NCBI GenBank assembly: GCA_950097015.1
Contig: CATNEN010000039.1
Location: forward strand, 16,554,001 to 16,618,000
Direction: 5' to 3'
DNA: 64,000 nucleotides
From: Macrostomum hystrix
Lineage: Eukaryota > Animalia > Platyhelminthes
This document shows, piece by piece, positions 52,001 through 61,496 of the stretch. The translations under genes and the position numbers were made by a program. Within the stretch, counting starts at the first letter, position 1, and each line of letters begins with the position of its first letter. Under the pieces are notes generated by a model that made no database searches, had not been told where the DNA came from, and saw nothing but the letters and a program-made list of their open reading frames with translations.

Positions 52001-55000
52001 TTTTAATTTACCGGAAGAACCGAATAACATATGTTGTAGTTTAAGTCCATTGTGAATTGTTTGTCATATACGTTTTCTGTAAGCCACTGGGATTTCAAGG
52101 CAAGCAGCCTGAAGGTCATGCTGAATGGGGCCTGAAGGTCATGCTGAATAGGGCCTGAAGGTCATGCTGAATAGGGCCTGAAGGACATGCTGAATAGGGC
52201 CTGAAGGACATGCTGAATAGGGCCTGAAGGACATGCTGAATAGGGCCTGAAGGACATGCTGAATAGGGCCTGAAGGACATGCTGAATAGGGCCTGAAGGA
52301 CATGCTGAATAGGGCCTGAAGGACATGCTGAATGGGGCCTGAAGGACATGCTGAATAGGGCCTGAAGGACATGCTGAATAGGGCCTGAAGGACATGCTGA
52401 ATAGGGCCTGAAGGTCATGCTGAATGGGGCCTGAAGGACATGCTGAATAGGGCCTGAAGGACATGCTGAATAGGGCCTGAAGGACATGCTGAATAGGGCC
52501 TGAAGGACATGCTGAATAGGGCCTGAAGGACATGCTGAATAGGGCCTGAAGGACATGCTGAATGATATACTTGCAATTAAAGTTGATAGACAGTTTTCTC
52601 CCTATATCAAAAGAGCATAATGCCCCAGCTACCTGGTCAAGGTGTTAGGATTCCTGCTATTTATGATCAATGGGAATCAGATTAGCGGAATTGACATTAT
52701 TAAACAAAGCCCATGTTAGGAGAATGTGATCCAAATTAAAAATTATACAATCTGTTAAAATTATAAACAAATTTTCTTAGGTTAAACTTTGAAGTGTCAC
52801 GCTTGAGACCTAGTTTCATTGTTAGCATAAACTATATCTTATGGTTAGGGTCAAACAAGTTTCTCTTTGTTTTGATTTACAGATTTAAAGACAATGGGGA
52901 AAAAATTTTCCGTGGTCTTTCTTTCTACCGTTTAGTCAAACTAACGACTAACAAGTCTCTTAATTAATTTTTTGTATTACATTGCTATTCGTATAAATTC
53001 AAACATTACTACTGACTACCCTACTTATAGTAATACTGTCAGCAGTTTTCTGCTATAAAAACATTCACCGATTTGTTTTTCCCTGCAGACTGTCTGCCCG
53101 AACTGCAAGACGTCGCCGCATCGCCGAACGAGCCGGCCGACTGCGTTGTCATCGGCGACGCTGCCGAGCATTTCAGCTACACCGCAGTCAACGCTGCCTT
53201 TCAACGCCTAATGGCTGATGACGCATCGTCTGCATCAAAGTCAGCTGGTCGGGTCGGCCTAATTAGTCTGGGCATGGGCCGTTATTATAGGCAGGCCGGC
53301 CAGCTACACCTGGACGTCGGTGCCTATGCCAAGGCGTTGGAATTTGCCTCCGGCGCCTCCATCGAGGTGGTCGGCAAGCCGACCGAGGCTTTCTTTCGCG
53401 CCGGCGTCAACGCTCTGGCTCTGCCAGCTGACGTCAGCGGCAGGCAATCCACTGTAGCCATGGTTGGCGACGATATTGTTAGCGACGTCGGCGGAGCTAT
53501 AGCCGCCGGACTGCTGGGCGTCCAGGTGCGGACGGGCAAGTTCAGGTGAGCCGCCTACATGTCAACCGTGCTTCTGAGCGGGGGTCTGGGGGTGAGTTGG
53601 CTGTCCGGTGTAGGGATATGAGGGAGTGAGGTGGCTGTCTAGTTGGGGCATTAGGGAGTGAGGGGGCTGTCTAGTTTGAGTATTAGGGAGTGAGTTGGGT
53701 GTCAATTTAGGGTGAGGCAGTGGGGTGGCTGTCTCGTTGGGGTATGAGGGATTGAGGTAGTTAAAACTAGGATGTCTAGTTGGAGTCTGACGGAGTGAGG
53801 TGGGTGTCAAGTTGGTGTCTGATGGACTGATGTTGGTGTCTAGTTGAGGTATGAGGGTGTGAGGTGGCTGTCAATTAAGGATGAGGAAGTGAGTTGGCTG
53901 TAAATCTAGAGTGAGGAAATGAGGTGGCTGTCTACACTGTAAAGGAAAAGTGGCCGAAAAAGTGGCCCATTGGTGGCCGAATGCACGTGGCCGAATGGTG
54001 GCCGAAAGAGTTCAAACCGGGGCTACTAGTGTCCACTTAAGTGGCTAAAAAAGTTGACCATAAGTGGCCGAGTGTAGGTCAAGGCATTCCGGGGCCACTA
54101 AAGGCAATTTATCTGTATATGGTCCATGACTGAATGAATTTCCCGACGCGTGTTAAAAAAAACAAAATAATAAAGGAACGGAGACAGTTTCCAAGATATA
54201 GCTATTAGGCTTTTGTATACAGTTATATATGTATACTAATGAGTTTAAGTTGCAATTATTATTAATAAACTAATTAACGTTCATTTTCAATTATATTTTT
54301 TAAACACAGATGTTTATAATGCTTATTGTAGAAAAACAGTAATTACATATTGGTACATAAAACCGCACAAGATGCATACATACAAGAAACAATTGAACAA
54401 AATGTAGAAGCAAAACTAAGTTAGGCATGCAAATATGAGTTATGAAAAGCATAATCATTGAAAAGGAAAATTATGAGTTTTATAAGTACATCCAATTATG
54501 GTTTACTTGGATGGTTTATGGTTTATCAACACAAACTTATTTAATTACATTGGTAAAACACAGATGTTTACAATGCTTATCGGAGAAAAACTGTAATTAC
54601 AGTATACACTGGGATACACTGGGAGAGCATTACAAAACTTTTAAATGTCAATTATAATGCGTGGACAGTCTTAACAGACAGGCAGTAACAAGGCAATTAA
54701 GCCAACGGCAGTATTTTGCTTACTCCTCGAATGGACTGATTTGAGCCTTTGCTTACTTTTCGAAATCCGAATATTATTTCCAAAACTTCGAGAAGGTTTT
54801 CAGTTGCCTTATCATGGCGAAGATTTAGGGCAAGGTAGACCATAATCAATGTCTGAATAGCATGCAGACTCGATTCCGTGCAGCTGACACGTAGACCGGC
54901 AACTTGCACAAACCACATGCCATCGTTCACGACGAGGTGCACAAGCTTTGATGGCTTAAAAAAAGCAGTCAGCTTTTTTACCTGGCACTTTATGCACAAG

Positions 55001-57719
55001 ATCATGAAGCCTCTCTGGGCAATTTCGTCACCGCTTGGTGTGGCAGGCTTGAGGTACTGCTGTGCTCTTGCGCAACGGCGAAATAGCTCCCGGTTGCCGC
55101 ACAGCCATTGAAAAATTCTTGCAAGCTTGTTGCGCTGCAGAATGTCCTGCTCCTTGAAGTCGCAACTCTTTAGAGAGTTGTAGTCAGAATTTTTCGTCTG
55201 GGCATAGTACTGTCCATACATCACTACGCTGCAAAAAAGAATGATAACGTAGACAGAAATCGGAATCTTCTGCTTTGGCTTTGCAAAATCTGCAAACATA
55301 GCCTGATTTAAAATTACAACCTAATCCAACTAAAGTATTCATAGACAAATTGTCACCTACACAAAAACAGGCAATAACAGGAATTCTACTACTATTAGAT
55401 CCCATTTCATTTGAAACTTCAAATGAAATGTCATATAAATCATATTACCAATATCATATAAATCATTCAGCTCCTTAATCAAAGGCAAATAAGATTCATA
55501 AAGAGAAACACCATTAGGATTACTATTTTTGTTATAAATACTTTTCCACTTTACTAAGCTAGCCAAAAAAGTCAAACTTTGTTTAGATTGAAATTCAGAA
55601 GGTAGATTCAACACTTTATAGTATATAGCAGAAATCTTATGCTTGGTTCGTGCTTTTCCAATTGGGTTACAAACCTCAAACTCCTCTGTATATAGAGAAA
55701 TATAAATTGCCTTTGCATAGTCAACTGCTTGCTCTTCAGAGTCTAACAAAGGAATAATGTAGTTTTTTAAATATGGACTTCTAAAAAAAGGCCCTTTTTT
55801 CTCTAGATTACTATTAAAAATCAAATTATTAAACTTGCTACTTTGAACTAATGATTTAAGACTTGCACCTATTGGAACATAGTAAATACAAGACCCATGT
55901 AGAGAAGATGTAACTTTCTGTGGCTCAATATAAGAAAAGTTTTGTCTAATATATTGTAATAATTGGCTTTCACTAAGGAGAATATCAAGGCAACCATCAA
56001 AATACATATCAAAATCAAGTTTTTGCTTGATATCTGCAATTTGTTCAGTGTTCATTCCTTGTTCCTTAAGAACTTGTTCCATAATATTACTAAATGAATT
56101 AGAAAATGATGCCATGATATCATGAAGTTGACAACTTAGATTTTTAGCTACAGAATTAGGCAAGCCATGACAATCACGACTATTGATAAAAAACATGACT
56201 ATCTTATGAGCAATATCATCTTGCAATTGTCCTTTTAATTCAAATGCACTGAGCTTACTAGATACAATAGCAAATGGAGGTTGGATGGGTTCAGAGTCAA
56301 ATAGGCCAATATGTTTGATAGTTTGATTGCTAACATTGTCAGTGTCAATTTCACTTGTAACTGTAGGCCTCTTAGTAGTAGAATTAGGCATACTGTCATC
56401 AGGATCAGCCAAAGATTCATCCAAAATAGGATCATTTAGTTGGTCACTAGGTATAGGATTTCGAGGAGTAGCAGTGGTGGATGTTTTCTTAGTCAATTGA
56501 CTCAATATCTTCAAGTGGACTTTCTTAAGATGACGAGAAACCAAGGACTTGGTTTTTGGAAGAGAGCATGCAGCCTTTCGAAGGACATTGATGTCGGCGA
56601 TTCCTAATAAAATTGTTAGCACAAAAGTACTTGTAATGGTAATTAAATGTAGCACCATCATTTGATGAGAAGTTACACTTGCAACAGAATACAAACATCA
56701 AAGCTAGTTGCAGCAGAATGAATCGAGACATTATAATAAATATGAAATGTAGACAATAATAGTAAGGCACAAATATTAGTTTAGATAATAGGCAAATAAT
56801 TCAATAGATGTCGATGATTCGGCTAGGCTAGATACTTGTCAAAGGTTTAGAGGTTACTTGGACTGGCAGCGGGCACTCACAAGAGGAAGATTACTTGGCA
56901 ATAGGTCAATTTGTAATCGCAAAACTCGGAGAAGCTATAGAGGAGATTATTGTAATAGCCAGGCCCGCATGGCGGCCATCTTCTTTTAGTTTGTAAAGGT
57001 GCTTAAATTTAAAGTATTAACAAACACTTTAATATAAACACTAAGTCACATTGAAAAAAACGTTTTAAAGTTAAGGATATGCTGCAAATATTTTTTACAC
57101 TTTGTCCCAGGCCATAACGTTCAAAGCTGAATTCATAGGTTTGTCGTTAAAACTTTTTCTTTTAGTACGAAAGAAGCTGATTAAGACAGGCCACTTTTAT
57201 TCTATGAAATGCAGGGCCACATGTGACGAAACATTGTTTTTGCACCCTTTACATGGCTCTGTATTTAGCAACGCAAACCATGAGGTCGATTTATTCAGAA
57301 TATTTCGGCCACCCTTCGGCCACCCTTCGGCCACCACCAACGTTCGGCCACTGATCGGCCACTGTTTGCCCACTTCACGGCCACTTTTCCTTTACAGTGT
57401 AGTGTGGGTATCAGGGTGTGAGGTGGCTGTCAATTTTGGGTGAGGGAGTGAGGTTCCTGTCTAGTTGGGGTCTGAGAGAGTGATGCGGGTGTCATCTTGG
57501 GATTCGAGTGAGTGAGGCGTATGTCAGTAGGGGTGTGTGGAGTGAGTTAGCTGCTATGTAATCCTAACGATTTGTTGGCAATCCAAAGTTTCTGTTTTCA
57601 TTTAAAAAGATATAAAAAGAATATTTTCTTGCAGGCCATGCGACGAACCGCACCCCACAGTGAAGCCAACTGCCTACGTTGACAATCTGAAGCAGTTTGT
57701 TGACGCCTTGCTAAACTGA
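35801..57719 (+). CDS. LHPP: Phospholysine phosphohistidine inorganic pyrophosphate phosphatase (HAD IIA); exons 35801-35919, 38622-38809, 53089-53545, 57635-57719
   Basis: [13 protein letters not shown]...GSIEAVK / FVTNESQ / [61 protein letters not shown] / [18 protein letters not shown] all match LHPP. Phases are consistent; AATAAA near 57743. Confidence 0.95.
35955..38560. repeat. Minisatellite, 22-bp unit GATATCTAACAGTGTCGGAATC, filling LHPP intron 1, with an 860-bp higher-order duplication
   Basis: About 118 copies; rare variants recur 860 bp apart. Confidence 0.97.
38918..39430. repeat. Minisatellite, 21-bp unit CTGAAATCCTCTGTCTAACAC
   Basis: Direct tandem periodicity. Confidence 0.93.
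40807..48906 (-). CDS. ETS-domain transcription factor (ETS1/2/pointed class), nested antisense in LHPP intron 2; exons 48906-48720, 48021-47887, 44905-44750, 43204-42992, 42665-42300, 41908-41487, 41016-40807 (about 562 aa)
   Basis: ETS domain [12 protein letters not shown]...[54 protein letters not shown]. The upstream poly-Q exons join in frame through GT-AG phase-1 introns (total 1689 nt). The last three exons are well supported; the upstream exons are inferred from splice sites and frame. Confidence 0.88.
41170..41445. repeat. Minisatellite, 21-bp unit ACACCTGTTAGACAGGTAGAA, in the last ETS intron
   Basis: Tandem periodicity. Confidence 0.88.
41933..42232 (-). mobile_element. 5'-truncated tRNA-derived SINE (family A)
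   Basis: Reverse-complement homologue of 59465-59820. It keeps the B-box-like GCTCGATTCC and the ATTATTAT tail. Confidence 0.78.
43990..44490. repeat. GA-rich low-complexity/tandem repeat
   Basis: Polypurine tract. Confidence 0.9.
44565..44665 (-). mobile_element. Degenerate tRNA-derived SINE head (family B-like)
   Basis: Shares GGAGTCGGGAATCGAACCCC (reverse-strand B-box GGTTCGATTCC) with 61138-61158. Confidence 0.5.
44950..45310. repeat. GA-rich tandem repeat (GAGAAGGGGAAGAAGAA)
   Basis: Polypurine tandem tract. Confidence 0.9.
46120..46722. repeat. CT-rich minisatellite (CTACCTACCTCTCTAT)
   Basis: Tandem periodicity. Confidence 0.92.
48080..48695. repeat. Two adjacent minisatellites: 33-bp unit (48080-48365) and 22-bp unit GCGGATTCCATGGTAACGGGGA (48390-48695)
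   Basis: Both share a GCGGATTCYATGG core; located in ETS intron 1. Confidence 0.93.
49600..50165. repeat. Degenerate purine-rich minisatellite (GGGAATGAAGGGAGAGAAGTGTA)
   Basis: Tandem periodicity. Confidence 0.85.
50905..51455. repeat. Minisatellite, about 16-bp unit CCTGTCTCATCTCTCT
   Basis: Tandem periodicity; related to 32772-33188. Confidence 0.92.
52107..52563. repeat. Minisatellite, 23-bp unit GGCCTGAAGGACATGCTGAATAG
   Basis: About 20 tandem copies. Confidence 0.96.
53935..57399 (-). mobile_element. CACTA/EnSpm (CMC) DNA transposon, 3465 bp, degenerate and internally deleted, in LHPP intron 3
   Basis: Perfect 22-bp TIR CACTGTAAAGGAAAAGTGGCCG...CGGCCACTTTTCCTTTACAGTG, flanked by a TA duplication, with subterminal GTGGCCGAA repeats at both ends. 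Removing it rejoins the host degenerate repeat (GTGGCTGTCTA|GTGTGGGTA). Confidence 0.92.
54697..56730 (-). pseudogene. Disrupted EnSpm-type transposase plus the tail of a probable second ORF
   Basis: [34 protein letters not shown] and, after a frameshift, [13 protein letters not shown]...YVCRFCKAK match animal EnSpm transposase motifs (LYxDDFExxNPLG; DNL...CRFC). A Cys/His zinc-finger-like N-terminus lies in another frame. Confidence 0.8.
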
Positions 57720-58555
57720 ACTTTTATGACAATCGATGCGGCAATAAACAAATTACTCGTAAATGTAATTCTGAAGCCGAATTTTCACCTAATTGGTGAT
57801 TTTGGTCCTGTCTTTGGATTTTTTTCGGTTAAGTTTGAAACAGTAGAGGCTTAGTATTAAAGTAGCTAATAAAAAAGAGAAAAATCGGTACTTGTTAGTG
57901 GCGTGGCCTTAAAATTATTGTTACTATTGTTATTGTAACACTGTAAAACTACCAGTAATACTGTAGAACTAGCAGTATCACAAATAATTTCATATTAATC
58001 ATCAAAACTTTTTAACTACACAAAATATTTAGCGGAAATATTGAATTAAATTGTAATTCAGGGTGGGTGTGGCGTCCATGGACAGTCCATGGACAGAATT
58101 ACAACCGTACGCAGCGTAAAAAGACCCAAAAATGTTTTGCCCTACATGTCATCATATCAATCAACTATCAACTATATAACTATATCTATTCAACATGTCA
58201 TCATTGTCTCGTATCAATCCAATACTATTTATTATATTGTAATTGGTCTATTATCAGTACATTCGCCATAATAAATTTTTATATAAAAAATTAGGCATCA
58301 ATTCCCGTTAAAAATGTTATGATTTCTGTCAATGCACTTTAACAGTTTCAATTAGTTCAAACCTAAGCAGTAAGTAAACGATTTGTGTTTGCTACATAAA
58401 TAAAAATGATTTTTATTAAAAAAACAATCTAAATACAAAAAATATAATACTGTCTTCTAGGCAAGATTATGACCATACTGGTTAAAAACAAATAAATAAA
58501 TGACAACGTATACTCGTATAAGCTGTTCTTAATTTACGGTTTCGTTCGCGTAATA

Positions 58556-59358
58556 CAGGGGTCGGCAAACTCCGGCCCGCGGGCCAGATGCGGCCCTCGA
58601 AGCTCCCAAATCCGGCCCGTTGCCCCTTCTGACATCTACAGTGTCCTGTTTCATCTCTCCCGTGTCTCATCTCTCTCGTGTCTCATCTCTCCCGTGTCTA
58701 GTCTCTCCCGTGTCTAATCTCTATCGTGTCTCATCTCTCTCGTGTCTCATCTCTCCCGTGTCTAGTCTCTCCCGTGTCTAGTCTCTCCCGTGTCTAATTT
58801 CTCCCGTGTCTAATCTCTCCCATGTCTAATCTCTCCCGTGTCTCATCTCTCCCGTGTCTAATCTCTCCCGTGTCTAATTTCTCCCGTGTCTCATCTCTCT
58901 CGTGTCTAGTCTCTTCCGTGTCTAATTTCTCTCGTGTCTAGTCTCTCCCGTGTCTAATTTCTCCCGTGTCTAATCTCTCCCGTGTCTAATCTCTCCCGTG
59001 TCTCATCTCTCCCGTGTCTAATCTCTCCCGTGTCTAATTTCTCCCGTGTCTCATCTCTCTCGTGTCTAGTCTCTTCCGTGTCTAATTTCTCTCGTGTCTA
59101 GTCTCTCCCGTGTCTAATTTCTCCCGTGTCTAATCTCTCCCGTGTCTAATCTCTCCCGTGTCTAATTTCTCCCGTGTCTCATCTCTCTCGTGTCTAGTCT
59201 CTTCCGTGTCTAATTTCTCCCGTGTCTAATCTCTCCCGTGTCTAATCTCTCCCGTGTCTCATCTCTCCCCTATCTCATATTTATACAGTCAATGCGGCCC
59301 GCTGTCGTCTTTTAGGCTCTCTCTTTGGCCCGCCAGCAAATAAGTTTGCTCACCCCTG
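58556..59358. mobile_element. Non-autonomous hAT (Charlie-like) element carrying an internal 16-bp minisatellite
   Basis: Termini CAGGGGTCGGCAAACT and AGTTTGCTCACCCCTG; exact 8-bp TSD GCGTAATA at 58548-58555 and 59359-59366; subterminal GGCCCGC motifs. Confidence 0.92.
58648..59275. repeat. Minisatellite, 16-bp unit CTCCCGTGTCTAATCT, inside the hAT element
   Basis: About 39 tandem copies. Confidence 0.95.
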
Positions 59359-59464
59359 GCGTAATACATAGAATTCTAGATTATAATTCTAGATCTAGAT
59401 TCAACATCTAATCTCTTCCATATCTTATCTATGCCATGTCGCATCTCACTACTGTCTTATCTCT

Positions 59465-59820
59465 TTGTTCGTGGCAGAGTGGTCCACTCACGTTTGCCTC
59501 TCGCACCAAGGTTCCTAAGCTCGATTCCGCGGCGAGGCCGCATTTATTTTGGGGCGCAGCCGCGGAGAGAAGGCTTGGGGGCTTGTCGTGCAATTGACGC
59601 TTTTGAGGACAAACCTTTAAGGCACAGTGAGTGTACACTGCATGGCGATGAGAAAGTCAGGGCAGATGTACACACCCATGTGAGCGTGTGCCTGCGTACA
59701 GTATCTGTGTGCGTGTGTGCTCAGGAGTCAGCGAAATGGGCAGAATTGCCTCCTCGCTGGCTGCGGGTCTAATGTCACCAAATGATGTGTACCATTGCCT
59801 GCAATTATCTTTATTATTAT
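59465..59820 (+). mobile_element. tRNA-derived SINE (family A), near full length
   Basis: A-box-like TGGCAGAGTGG near 59472, B-box-like GCTCGATTCC near 59519, TTATTATTAT tail; a second copy lies inverted at 41933-42232. Confidence 0.78.
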
Positions 59821-61054
59821 CCCTTCCGTCTTAGCTCTCTCCAATCTTATCTATGCCCAGCTTTCACCTGTTTGGTATCTAGGCGCACTCGGTAAGCCTC
59901 ATCGTGTTTCCTATCTAGCTATGAATAGCAAGATTGCCTAGATTTGCCTCAGGAATCTGTATAACAATGTCATGATTGGCTCAATTTTGCCAATCGCATT
60001 GTTTAGAACAGCGATTAGATTTAGAACCGCTGGATACAAACACCGACCAGGAGCTACCACCGAAGCTGTTCCAAATTAACTTCGCTAGTTAACCGATAAT
60101 TTTTTAAAACTAATCCTAAATCGAAATGCGCTGTCACTGCGACATCTTTCAAATTTGGCAGCACCAGCTTCCGCATTAGCCGCCGTTACACCTGCCACAA
60201 TTGGGCCAGATGTGCAGCCGACAGCACAGCCGCAGCTATTGCGCGGCGAATCTGAAGGCTGCGCACGGCTGTTCAGTCCATGGACTGGGTCATGAGTCCG
60301 ACGATGTAAAACACAAGATTACAACCTCTGACAGACATAATCCTTCATAGACACCAAAATTTTTGCAAGAAATAAACAAATAACTAAATAAAATAGACTC
60401 TAGGTGAATATATTCATCCTAAAACATTCCAAACAGCAACTTCAATTAAAACGCATTTATTTCTGTTCTTTTCAACCGATGACCAATTTATTCAAAATGA
60501 TGGCTAATTGCAATTTAATTGTTTAAACAATTATCGATTGATATAATATTACTATCTTGAGTCGCAGGACAGGCGCGAAATGAAACGCAAAATGAAAACA
60601 CAGACACCGAGCGAAGCAAAGGTGCAGTTAGGAACAAAATTGAGTTGTTGTAAATTATAAGTTTTCTTTCTTTTTTTGTTTATCAATTAATTGGCTTGGA
60701 TAAAATTGGTCAAAATTATTTGATTTAACTGTACGAGTAAATAACTAGCTTTCAGAAGGCAGTAAATACATACTTAGTTAGCAATGACCCATTTATCTTT
60801 TCTTCTGCATCTACCAAAATGTTTGCTAAATCGCTATGATAATTCAGAACCGGGACAAAAATTTTACGCTCTATATGCGATAAATAAAAGTAGAGATAAT
60901 TGTATATTATTTGGACGAGACGTGCAGCACAGCCGCAGCTAGGAATTTTCAGACTGCGTACGGCTGTTCAGTCCATGGACTGGACACTCACCCTCAATTA
61001 CGCCTCAGCAACCATTAAACAGCTGGATAAAGTGAAGTTTATTTAAAGCTTTTA

Positions 61055-61222
61055 AAGTGCAAAGTCAAGTTTAAAGTTTATTAAACTGAAGCAATCCAAA
61101 GTTAAGTGCCTTGCTAAAGTACACAAATTGTTCCAGTGGAGTCGGGAATCGAACCCCCGAACTTCAAGTCCGACGAACTTGTGAGTCCGACGCTCTAGCC
61201 ACAAGGCTATACAACCTCCGCA
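61055..61222 (-). mobile_element. tRNA-derived SINE (family B) with a CORE/V-SINE-like central box
   Basis: Minus strand reads TAGCCTTGTGGCTAGAGCG...GGGGTTCGATTCCCG, then TGTGTACTTTAGCAAGGCACTTAAC, similar to the conserved SINE motif TGTGTCCTTGGGCAAGxCACTTAAC. Confidence 0.65.
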
Positions 61223-61496
61223 TTTGAAACTCCGCATCACAAAACATCGTCATCGTCGATCAACGATTCTAGTCGAGGTGTCAGGTCATTCGGTTCATCA
61301 TAAGACACTGAAGTGCGCGTGTCCATGGACTGTACAGCAGTACAACATTTAACTACTGTTGCTAAATTACGCACTAAATTGATGCTTAATTTGAATACTT
61401 ACTGAAAGCTAGCATATTCAATAAAAACACACGGCAAACTAGATAATAAATGTAAACAATAAATCATTAGTTCGAACAAAACAACATTATCATAAG

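Noticed and set aside
61130-61220. Functional tRNA gene
   Set aside because: A/B boxes are present but the acceptor and anticodon stems are not convincing, and it runs into a SINE-type central motif. The same applies near 59470.
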